A stretch of 64,000 nucleotides of DNA, from positions 18,513 through 82,512 of the forward strand of contig CAVVEU010000011.1 of the NCBI GenBank assembly GCA_963747235.1. Reading direction: 5' to 3'. Shown here piece after piece: positions 20,609 through 28,457 of the stretch (its first letter is position 1; every line of letters starts with the position of its first letter). The notes beneath the pieces are model-generated. The model did not search any database. It was not told the origin of the DNA and saw nothing but the letters and a program-made list of their open reading frames with translations. Position numbers and translations under genes: made by a program. Source of the DNA: an uncultured Candidatus Rokubacteria bacterium. GTDB lineage: Bacteria; Methylomirabilota; Methylomirabilia; Rokubacteriales; CSP1-6.

Positions 20609-20987
20609 GCCGACTCGGCGAATCCTGCTGGCGGAAGACGATCGGTTCCTTCGCAAGGCCGCGGAGACCGCGCTCAAGCGCCAGGGGTTCACCGTGCTGA
20701 CGGCGGTCGACGGGGAAGAGGCGCTGCGGGTGGCGCGGGCCGAAGCGCCCGACCTGATCCTGCTCGATCTGATCATGCCGAAGCTGCAGGGTTTCGAGGT
20801 GCTGCGCGCGCTGAAAGCCGATGCGGCGACCGCCGCCACTCCGGTGATCATCCTGAGCAACCTGGGGCAGGATAGCGACGTGAAGCAGGCGATGGAGGCG
20901 GGCGCGGCCGGGTACTTCGTGAAAGCCAACCTGTCGCTGCAGGATCTGGTCAAGCGGGTCGGCGAGATGCTGGGGGGGACCGGCTGA
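20601..20987 (+). CDS. Single-domain response regulator 2
   Basis: ILLAEDD, PDLILLDLIMP, ILSNLGQ and YFVK. Confidence 0.9.
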   Translation: MGEPTRRILLAEDDRFLRKAAETALKRQGFTVLTAVDGEEALRVARAEAPDLILLDLIMPKLQGFEVLRALKADAATAATPVIILSNLGQDSDVKQAMEAGAAGYFVKANLSLQDLVKRVGEMLGGTG

Positions 20988-22792
20988 TGGCGGGCATCGT
21001 TTCCGACGAGGAGCTCCGGACCCTGATCGTCCAGCAGCTCGAGCTGGTGGACGCGGCCGAGTTCGAGAAGGCGCAGCAGATGGCGGTGCGGCTGAAGATC
21101 CCACTCGAGCGCGCCCTCGCCGAGCGGGGCCGCATCCCGCTCGCCTTCCTGCTCGCCCAGCTCGCCCAGGCCTGGGAGGTGGGGTTCATCGAGCTGAAGG
21201 TCGGCGACGTGCAGCTCGACGCGCTGCAGGCCGTTCGCGAGGAGTATGCGCGGAGTCACGGGGTGGTGCCCTTCGAGCGCCACGACCGGACGCTGAAGGT
21301 GGCGATGGTCAATCCGCGCGACAAGTTGATCATCCGCGAGGTGTCCCAGATGACCAAGTGCGAGGTCGTTCCGTACCTGGCTCCGGAGGGCAACATCCGG
21401 CGCGCCCAGCTCCTCTACAAGGGGAACCTGCGCGACATGCTCGAGCGCTCCGCGCTCCGCGCCAGCACCGCTATCAATTCGACCGCCAAGGCGGGGACCG
21501 CACCGGCCGGCCCGGGCGCCCAGTGGCACGGGGCCGACCCCGCCGGGCGCCGGCTGGCGGCGCCCCCGGAGGCGTCGGCGGCCGACCTGGTCACCCGCAT
21601 CCTCGAGTACGCGGTGGTAACGCGGGCTTCCGACATCCACATCGAGCCCTACGAGCTCGAAACCCTGGTCCGCTACCGGATCGACGGCGTGCTCCACGAG
21701 GTGCTGACCTTGCCCCCCGCCGCGCACCCGTCGCTGGCGGCCCGCATCAAGATCCTGAGCGCGATGCGCATCGACGAGCATCGCATCGCGCAGGACGGCC
21801 GCTTCGAGGCCGACCTCTCGGGCTTCGTGGTCGACCTGCGCGTGTCCTCGGTGCCGACCCAGTGGGGCGAGAAGGTGGTCATCCGGGTGCTCTCGCGCGA
21901 GTCGGCCTCGGCGGACCTGGACGACCTGGGGCTGGCTTCGGTCGACTACGAGCTGCTGATCAAGGGCCTGCTGCGGCCGTTCGGGATGATTCTGGTGACG
22001 GGGCCGACCGGCTCCGGCAAGTCCACCACGCTGTACGCGATGCTGAGGCGTTTGTCCGTCGAGCGGCAGAACGCGGTGAACATCTCGACGGTCGAGGATC
22101 CCATCGAGTACACGATGCCACGGGTGACCCAGATTCCGCTGAACGCGGCAGCCGGGTTCGACTTCGCGAGCGCGCTGCGGGCACTGCTCCGGCAGGACCC
22201 CGACGTGATCATGGTCGGCGAGATCCGGGACAGCGAGACGGTGTCCATCGGGGTGCGGGCCGCGCTGGTGGGGCGGCTCTTCCTCTCCACGCTGCACACA
22301 AACGACGCGACCTCCGCGGTCCCGCGGCTGCTCGACATGGGGGTCGAGCCGTTCCTCCTCGCTTCGACCCTCGTCCTCGTGATGGCCCAGCGTCTCGCGC
22401 GCCGCATCTGCGTGGCCTGCCGCGAGAGCGCGGCGCCGGCGCCGGGGGTGCTGGCCGCGCTGCGCACGCGACCCGACTTCGAGCGGAGCGTCGGGGTGCT
22501 GCAGACCCAGGGCGTGCTCGGGCAGGGGAGCGATCCGTTCGCGGCCGTCCGCATCTTCCGCGGACGCGGCTGCGCCCAGTGCCAGGACAGCGGCTTCCGC
22601 GGGCGCATCGGGGTCTTCGAGCTGTTCGAGGTGCAAGAGGAGACACGGCAGCTCATCATGGAGCGGCGCGACGGCGGCGCCCTCCGGGCCGCCGCCACCC
22701 GGGCCGGCATGCGGACCATGTTCGAGGACGGCCTCGCCAAGGTCCTGCTCGGCGAGACCACGCTGGAAGAGGTGTACCGGGTCGCGCTCTAG
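20987..22792 (+). CDS. GspE/PilB family assembly ATPase
   Basis: ASDIHIEP, QDGR, Walker A GPTGSGKST, EDPIEY, LRQDPDVIMVGEIRD, STLHTN, two CxxC motifs. Confidence 0.93.
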   Translation: MAGIVSDEELRTLIVQQLELVDAAEFEKAQQMAVRLKIPLERALAERGRIPLAFLLAQLAQAWEVGFIELKVGDVQLDALQAVREEYARSHGVVPFERHDRTLKVAMVNPRDKLIIREVSQMTKCEVVPYLAPEGNIRRAQLLYKGNLRDMLERSALRASTAINSTAKAGTAPAGPGAQWHGADPAGRRLAAPPEASAADLVTRILEYAVVTRASDIHIEPYELETLVRYRIDGVLHEVLTLPPAAHPSLAARIKILSAMRIDEHRIAQDGRFEADLSGFVVDLRVSSVPTQWGEKVVIRVLSRESASADLDDLGLASVDYELLIKGLLRPFGMILVTGPTGSGKSTTLYAMLRRLSVERQNAVNISTVEDPIEYTMPRVTQIPLNAAAGFDFASALRALLRQDPDVIMVGEIRDSETVSIGVRAALVGRLFLSTLHTNDATSAVPRLLDMGVEPFLLASTLVLVMAQRLARRICVACRESAAPAPGVLAALRTRPDFERSVGVLQTQGVLGQGSDPFAAVRIFRGRGCAQCQDSGFRGRIGVFELFEVQEETRQLIMERRDGGALRAAATRAGMRTMFEDGLAKVLLGETTLEEVYRVAL

Positions 22793-22793
22793 G

Positions 22794-23312
22794 TCAGCGT
22801 ACCGGTTGGCGCGGCCCCAGGACGAGGCTTACCGTGTAGTCCGTCCGGTTGTTGTACGTCTCGTACTGGATGACTCCCGTGCGGATCATCTCCGTCACCG
22901 GCTCCGCGAGCCGCGGCAGTACCGGCGCGAGGTTCTCCGGATAGCGCCCGGAGGGGTCACGGCTTTCCTCGACCGCCCGAGATAGTGCGTTGACCGCCTT
23001 CACCCCTTCGGCGATCGCGGTGTGCGAGCGCCCCGCCAGCACCAGGTAGCCCACGAGTCCGATGTTGATCGCCACCAGCAGCGCGATCGCGTAGCGTCCC
23101 CAGGGAATCGGTCGGGGTGCTTCATCGGGCGCCTCGCCGGCCAGCATCCGCGCCTCGCGGGTGGCCGACTCACTCCGGTACTGGGCGCAGGTGGCGCAGA
23201 GGTCGCGCTCGTCGGGCGCCCGACACCCCACGCAGACCGCGTCGTGACACTGCCGGCAGCGGAAGAGCGCCGGCTCGCCGGGGTGCCGCAGGCATGCGCC
23301 GAGGTCTTTCAT
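22794..23312 (-). CDS. B-box-like zinc-finger membrane protein with a pilin-like C-terminal segment
   Basis: CLRHP..A.FRCRQC...VCVGC...LCATC, one TM helix, then ALSRAVEE....GRYPENL. Confidence 0.65.
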   Translation of the reverse strand: MKDLGACLRHPGEPALFRCRQCHDAVCVGCRAPDERDLCATCAQYRSESATREARMLAGEAPDEAPRPIPWGRYAIALLVAINIGLVGYLVLAGRSHTAIAEGVKAVNALSRAVEESRDPSGRYPENLAPVLPRLAEPVTEMIRTGVIQYETYNNRTDYTVSLVLGPRQPVR

Positions 23313-23318
23313 GGGCGC

Positions 23319-23885
23319 CTACTTGTAGAAGTTGCCCACGTTGACGGTCACCGTCCACACCTTCTTGCTCGAGCTCAGCTTGGCCTGACCGCCAAACATG
23401 GGCGCGACCTGAGTCCCGAGAGCGGTCGCGTCGCCCGCGGTCAACGATTGCGCGCTCAGGACCGCGACGGTGCCCTTCTGGCCCTGGTACCGGAAGCTCG
23501 TGCCCTTCCCGAAGGGTGTGGTGGTGGGCCAGCGCACCAGGTACGGTCCGAACCAGCACGTGGAGCCGGTCGGCCGGGAGACGAGGCCCGGATCTCCACC
23601 GGACTTGGCCGACAGGGGCAGGCCTTCACAATTGGTGGCCAGGTTCAGTAGCCCCGTGCGCATGAACGCCATCTGGGTGGCGGTGGCGCCGGCGCGCGCG
23701 CGCTGGATCAGGCTCTGGGCGGTCAGGAGGCCGAGCGTGGCCAGGATGCCGATCAGGGCTGCCACGACGGCGAGCTCGATCAGGGTGAACCCAGGCGAGT
23801 CCCGATGCCAGACGCGGTTTGGAGAGCTGACGGCGGAGCCGGCAACCCGGCAAGCCCGAACGGGCGCTGAGCCGGAGAGCGTCAC
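23319..23885 (-). CDS. Prepilin-type N-terminal cleavage/methylation protein (pilin 2); start uncertain
   Basis: Class III signal G|FTLIELAVVAALIG, Cys pair, paralogue of 23950-24459. Confidence 0.82.
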   Translation of the reverse strand: MTLSGSAPVRACRVAGSAVSSPNRVWHRDSPGFTLIELAVVAALIGILATLGLLTAQSLIQRARAGATATQMAFMRTGLLNLATNCEGLPLSAKSGGDPGLVSRPTGSTCWFGPYLVRWPTTTPFGKGTSFRYQGQKGTVAVLSAQSLTAGDATALGTQVAPMFGGQAKLSSSKKVWTVTVNVGNFYK

Positions 23886-23949
23886 GTCAACCAGTCTAGC
23901 ATCGTCGGATCTTGCCGCGGGTACGACACCATCGCGGTCGATCCAGGTG

Positions 23950-24459
23950 CTATTTCTGATAGAAGGTCCCGATGTCCACGCTGACCGACCAGGTGCCCTT
24001 GTTGGAGACGAGCTGTGCCTGGCCGGCGAACATCGGGGCCACCTCGGCGGCGAGGGCCCGCGCGTCGGCGGTCTTGAGGGACTCGACGCTGAGCTGGGCC
24101 GTGAGGCCGGCTTCACCGCGATACTGAAAGGTGGTGCCCCGGCCGAACGATGTGGTTGCCGGCCAGTGTGCGAGGTACGGACCGCTCCAGCACGCGGCGC
24201 CGGTGGGCTGGTAGGCGAGCCCCGGATCCCCGCCCGACCGGGCGGTCGGGGGCAGTCCCTCGCAGCTGGCGGCGAGGTTGAGCAGGGCGGTGCGCAGGAA
24301 GACCATCTGGGTGGCGGTCGCGCTGGCCCGCGCGCGCTGGATCAGCTTCTGGGTGGTCAGGATGGCGAGGACGGTGAGGACACCCATGAGGGTCAGCACG
24401 GTGGCCATCTCGATGAGTGTGAATCCGGGCGGGCCTGCGCGGCCGCGTCGGTAAATCAC
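23950..24459 (-). CDS. Prepilin-type N-terminal cleavage/methylation protein (pilin 1)
   Basis: Basic leader, then G|FTLIEMATVLTLMG; WSGPYL motif as in GspG-like pseudopilins. Confidence 0.85.
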   Translation of the reverse strand: MIYRRGRAGPPGFTLIEMATVLTLMGVLTVLAILTTQKLIQRARASATATQMVFLRTALLNLAASCEGLPPTARSGGDPGLAYQPTGAACWSGPYLAHWPATTSFGRGTTFQYRGEAGLTAQLSVESLKTADARALAAEVAPMFAGQAQLVSNKGTWSVSVDIGTFYQK

Positions 24460-24522
24460 GTTCCCTGAGCTTAACGCGGTGGGGTGTTTCCCCCGAAACT
24501 TTTGAAGCTCGGCCCGGCCGCC

Positions 24523-25296
24523 CTATCGCGGGGTGACGGGCTCGCCGGCCAGCGCCGTCCGCAGCGCTTCCTCGAACGCGCGGATGCGGCGCGCGTTGGT
24601 GCCGAGATCGCTGCGCCCCACCCGGGAGACCGAGCGCACGTCCACGCGACTGCCCGCGCCGTCGGGCCGCACACGCACCACCACGTCGTCGCGAAAGCCG
24701 AACCAGCGCGTGCGGTCGGTGGCCTCGAGGCGCCCCTCCGCGGGCTCGGTGGCCACGATCTCCCAGCCGAGTCCGCGCGCGACGTCCACCGCGCGCGCGA
24801 ACACGCGGTCGGGCGGCGCGGGGAAGCGCGCGGGCCCGAGATCGGGATAGCCCGCGCGCTGCTGGGCCGCGAGGGCGGCGCCGCCGTGCTCCGCGGTGTT
24901 CGGCGCGCCCTCCCGGCGCGGGAGCACCGCCACGAAGCGCGGCGGGTCGTCGAGATCGGTGGTGATGTCGTGGATCGGAGGCACGCGGCCCGCGGAGCGC
25001 AGGTGGGAGACCGGCACCACCGCGACCGCGGCCAGCAGCACGAGGGTCCCGATGGACAGGATCGCGGTGTTGTTCGCCCGCGCGAGCAGCGCCAGCACGA
25101 GGCCGGCCAGCGCGACGACCACCGCGCCGAGCCCGCCGTAGAGCGTCCAGCGGAAAATGACAAAGCCGGTGCGGAAATCCCACCAGTCCCAGCGACTGCC
25201 CGCGCCGGAGAGCAGGAGCGAGAGCGCCCCGAGCAGAGTGAGCGCGAGGCCGGCGCGCGCCGTGATCGAGGCCGCGCGCGAGAGTCTAGAGCTCAC
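24523..25296 (-). CDS. DUF1499 domain membrane protein
   Basis: N-terminal TM helices; PPIHDITTD, FGFRDDVVVRV and DVRSVSRVGRSDLGTNARRI motifs. Confidence 0.88.
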   Translation of the reverse strand: MSSRLSRAASITARAGLALTLLGALSLLLSGAGSRWDWWDFRTGFVIFRWTLYGGLGAVVVALAGLVLALLARANNTAILSIGTLVLLAAVAVVPVSHLRSAGRVPPIHDITTDLDDPPRFVAVLPRREGAPNTAEHGGAALAAQQRAGYPDLGPARFPAPPDRVFARAVDVARGLGWEIVATEPAEGRLEATDRTRWFGFRDDVVVRVRPDGAGSRVDVRSVSRVGRSDLGTNARRIRAFEEALRTALAGEPVTPR

Positions 25297-25300
25297 GCGC

Positions 25301-25329
25301 TTGACACCGGCGGGCCGCGTGCCTAGAGT
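25301..25329 (+). promoter_or_regulatory. Candidate sigma70 promoter
   Basis: TTGACA-N17-TAGAGT upstream of the NIPSNAP gene. Confidence 0.55.
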
Positions 25330-25372
25330 CGCGGCAGACCGCACCCATCGTGCTGCCCAGGAGGCCCTTCTC

Positions 25373-25699
25373 ATGCTGTATGAGCTTCGGACGTATCACG
25401 CGATGCCCGGCCGGCTGCCCGACCTGAACCGCCGGTTTGCCGAGATCACCATGGACTTCTTCAAGAAGCACAATATCCAGGTGGTCGGCTTCTGGACGAA
25501 CGAGCTGGGCGGCTCCTCGGACCAGCTCATCTACATGCTCGCCTACGACAGCCTCGCGGACCGCGAGAAGAAGTGGAGCGGGTTCTTCGCCGACAAGGAT
25601 CGGCTGGCCAAGTTCGCCGAGACGGAGAAGAACGGGCCGCTGCTGCGCCGGCTCACCGCCCACATTCTCCGGCCGACCGCCTACTCGCCGATGCAGTAG
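25373..25699 (+). CDS. NIPSNAP family protein
   Basis: GGAGG RBS; LYELRTY and LRPTAYSPMQ motifs. Confidence 0.9.
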   Translation: MLYELRTYHAMPGRLPDLNRRFAEITMDFFKKHNIQVVGFWTNELGGSSDQLIYMLAYDSLADREKKWSGFFADKDRLAKFAETEKNGPLLRRLTAHILRPTAYSPMQ

Positions 25700-25873
25700 A
25701 TGCGGGGCCTCGCGTTTCTCCTCGCCCTCGCGCTCGCCGGCTGCGGCCCGGCGATCGAGCGGACGTACACCGAGGAGGAGCTCGAGGTGAAGTGCGTGAT
25801 GCGCGGGGGCTGGTGGCACCGTGATGACCTGAGGGGCGGCTTCTGCGAGTTCCAGGCGCCGGGCTTCCTGTAG
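25700..25873 (+). CDS. Small lipoprotein (57 aa), absent from the ORF track
   Basis: MRGLAFLLALALAG|CGPAIERTYTEEELEVKCVMRGGWWHRDDLRGGFCEFQAPGFL*; LAGC lipobox; ATG directly follows the NIPSNAP stop. Confidence 0.7.
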   Translation: MRGLAFLLALALAGCGPAIERTYTEEELEVKCVMRGGWWHRDDLRGGFCEFQAPGFL

Positions 25874-25881
25874 GCGGCGGC

Positions 25882-26916
25882 TCAGTCCACGCGGAAGACC
25901 ACGTCCGGGGTGAGGCCGCGCACGCTGGTCTGCCCGGCGAGAGCCATGGACGTCCGCAGCTCGCGTCGCAGGATGTCGAGCGTGCAGGCCACCCCGGCGG
26001 CCCCGTCGGCGGCCAGGCCCCAGAGCGCGGTGCGCCCGATGGCCACCGCGTCGGCGCCCCACGCCACGCCCTTGAGCACGTCGGTGCCGCGGGCGAAGCC
26101 GCCGTCCACGATGATGCTGGCCGCGTCGCCGACCGCGTCACGCACCGCGGGGAGCGCGTCGATGCTGGCCTGGGTCGCGTCGAGCTGCCGGCCGCCGTGA
26201 TTGGACACCCAGATCAGCTCCACGCCGGCCTCGACCGCGCGGCGACCGTCGCGCGCGGTCATGATGCCCTTGAGGCCGATGGGGAGCTTCGTGGTCTTGC
26301 GCAGCCAGTCCACGTCGGCCCAGGTCAGGCGCGCCGGGTACTCCGGATCGGGCGGGCGCGGGTTCGGCGCCTTCAGCATGGCCTCGCGCGGGCTGAAGCG
26401 CGCGACGATGTCGCGCTCGCGCCGGCTGTAGACCTGCACGTCCACCGTGAGGCACACCGAGAGGTAGCCCGAGGCTTCGACGCGCGCGAGCAGGTCCGCC
26501 ACCCAGGCCCGGTCGCCCATGTGGTAGAGCTGGAACATCTTGGGGCCGGGCGCGGCCTCCGCCACCGCCTCGACCGACCAGCCGGTGGCGCCGCTCAGGA
26601 ACTGCAGCGTATCGCCCTTGGCCGCCCCGCGCGCCATCTCGCGATCGCCCTCGGGATGGAAAAGGACGAGCCCGCCCATGGGCGCGATCACCACCGGCCA
26701 GGAGAGCGGGATGCCGATCAGCGACGTGGTCAGATCGACGTGGCGCACGTCCACGAGGATGTCCTGGCGGACGGCCAGGCGTCGGATCGCGCGCCGGTTG
26801 CGGCGCAACGTGGTCTCGGTCTCGGTGCCGCCCGCGCCGAAGTTGTACGAATTGCGCGGCAGGCGGGCTTTGGCCGCGCGGTGGATCTCCGGGATCGTCA
26901 CGAAGGGCTCGGTCAT
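25882..26916 (-). CDS. FMN-dependent alpha-hydroxy acid oxidase/dehydrogenase
   Basis: IAPMG, FQLY, LTVD, LKGI, SNHGGRQLD and DGG..RGTD motifs. Confidence 0.92.
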   Translation of the reverse strand: MTEPFVTIPEIHRAAKARLPRNSYNFGAGGTETETTLRRNRRAIRRLAVRQDILVDVRHVDLTTSLIGIPLSWPVVIAPMGGLVLFHPEGDREMARGAAKGDTLQFLSGATGWSVEAVAEAAPGPKMFQLYHMGDRAWVADLLARVEASGYLSVCLTVDVQVYSRRERDIVARFSPREAMLKAPNPRPPDPEYPARLTWADVDWLRKTTKLPIGLKGIMTARDGRRAVEAGVELIWVSNHGGRQLDATQASIDALPAVRDAVGDAASIIVDGGFARGTDVLKGVAWGADAVAIGRTALWGLAADGAAGVACTLDILRRELRTSMALAGQTSVRGLTPDVVFRVD

Positions 26917-26931
26917 GGCGGGTAACATAAC

Positions 26932-27486
26932 ATGCCGCTGAAGCCGGTGCCGTACCGGAGCCTGCGCGCCCTGCTGCGGCGGGAGCTGCTCACCGAGGAG
27001 CACGCGGGGACGGCGGTCCTCATCCGGCGGCTGGCCCACGTCAAGGCGACGGGCGGTTTCACCCGCACAGAATTTCTCGCGATGTGCCGCTGGAAGAGCC
27101 CGCGCTCGCGGCGCCACTACGAGCGGAACTCCGCGGGGACGATCCGGCGCGTGTCGCGCGCGGTGCTCGCCGCGCGCAGCGAGCGCGAGCGCATGAGCCG
27201 ACTGATCGCGCTGCCCGGGGTGAGCGTGGCGACCGCCTCCGCCATCCTGACCCTGATCGATCCGCGCCGCTACGGGGTGCTCGACATCCGCTGCTGGCAG
27301 ATCCTGTTCAGCATCCGGTCGGTGGCGGGAAACAAGCGCGGGCGGGCGTTCACGGTGTCACAGTGGGAGCAATACCTGGAGCGGCTGCGGGGCCACGCGC
27401 GCGCCCTCGACGTCTCGGCGCGAATGATCGAGTACACCCTCTTCCACTGCCACCGGAAGCTGCAGCGCGGGCGGCTCTATGACTGA
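26932..27486 (+). CDS. Hypothetical helix-hairpin-helix (DNA glycosylase-like) protein
   Basis: RWKSPR, HhH-like LPGVSVATASAIL, downstream YGVLD. Confidence 0.6.
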   Translation: MPLKPVPYRSLRALLRRELLTEEHAGTAVLIRRLAHVKATGGFTRTEFLAMCRWKSPRSRRHYERNSAGTIRRVSRAVLAARSERERMSRLIALPGVSVATASAILTLIDPRRYGVLDIRCWQILFSIRSVAGNKRGRAFTVSQWEQYLERLRGHARALDVSARMIEYTLFHCHRKLQRGRLYD

Positions 27487-27507
27487 CGCCGCCCGCGCGA
27501 GCTCCGG

Positions 27508-27945
27508 TCAGGCCGAGCGGACGAGGACGACCGGCACCGGCGAGGTGTGGAGCAGCTTCTCGCCGATCCCACTGCCGGTGAGGCGCTCGAACCAGCTCCG
27601 GCGGGCCGCGGTCACCACGATCATGTCCGCGTCGAAGGCTTCCGCCTCCACGAGGATTTCCTGCTCGGGCACCCCGAACCGCACCACGGTCTCGGTGGAC
27701 ACCGGGGCGAGCTGCGCCTCGACGCTCTCGAGATAATCGCGGCCCTCGGCGCTCAGGCGCTCCATCTCCTGGTCCGCGTAGGCCACCACGCGCCCGGTGT
27801 TGCTCACGCGGTGCTCGGGAACCGGGTACACCTGCAGCAGCCGGACGCCGCCGCCGCTGCCGCGGGCCAGGTCGGCCGCCAGGGCGGCCGCTACCTCCGC
27901 GGATTCACTGCCGTCCAACGGAACAAGAATGCGTTTTGCCATCAT
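27508..27945 (-). CDS. Universal stress protein
   Basis: KRILVPLDGS, G.PEQEIL, ADMIVV, GSGIGEKLL and PVVLVR motifs. Confidence 0.9.
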   Translation of the reverse strand: MMAKRILVPLDGSESAEVAAALAADLARGSGGGVRLLQVYPVPEHRVSNTGRVVAYADQEMERLSAEGRDYLESVEAQLAPVSTETVVRFGVPEQEILVEAEAFDADMIVVTAARRSWFERLTGSGIGEKLLHTSPVPVVLVRSA

Positions 27946-27971
27946 GGTGTTCTCCTTCCACACGCTCTTTC

Positions 27972-28024
27972 GATGGCGGAAGGGCGCCGATGGATTCGGA
28001 ATCTCTCGAGAGGTCTGGCGCATC
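27972..28024. promoter_or_regulatory. Back-to-back candidate ECF-type promoters
   Basis: GAATC-N17-CATC on both strands, centred on the palindrome GATTC-G-GAATC. Confidence 0.5.
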
Positions 28025-28049
28025 TCAACGTGCGGAAGGAGAGAACGCC

Positions 28050-28400
28050 ATGATCGAGATTGTGGTAGCTACATTGATCGGGCTGGTGCTGGTGGTCGGA
28101 CCGCTTGCCTGGCGCGTGGCCCGGGACCGCAGCGAGTCCCGCGCCCTGTCGATTCGCGCCTACGTCCAGTCCCTCGTGGATCGGAAGCTGGGCGGCGAGT
28201 CGTTTGTGTCGGTGCAGGTGACGCCGCGCGGGCTGTGGAGCGTCGGGCAGGTGGTGGTGGCCGTCCCCGGCGGCTGGGAGTGGCTGCTGGAAGAGGTCTG
28301 GCCGGTGCTGATGGCGCGCACACCGCGCGGTTACGAGCTGGTCGTGCGCCGCGGCGAGGCCGCGCGCGCCCCGCAGCGGCAGCTCAAGCGCGTCGCCTGA
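28050..28400 (+). CDS. Hypothetical protein with an N-terminal membrane anchor
   Basis: GGAAGGAG RBS; hydrophobic N-terminus MIEIVVATLIGLVLVVG. Confidence 0.7.
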   Translation: MIEIVVATLIGLVLVVGPLAWRVARDRSESRALSIRAYVQSLVDRKLGGESFVSVQVTPRGLWSVGQVVVAVPGGWEWLLEEVWPVLMARTPRGYELVVRRGEAARAPQRQLKRVA

Positions 28401-28457
28401 CCCCCGCTTGCTGGCCGGGTTCCCCCTCGCGTAACATCCGGGTGAGGGGGAACCCAC

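Noticed and set aside
24460-24510. Possible structured RNA upstream of pilin 1 (GAGCTT...AAGCTC enclosing a GGGG/CCCC hairpin)
   Set aside because: Short stems, no recognisable riboswitch consensus, and it overlaps the likely promoter
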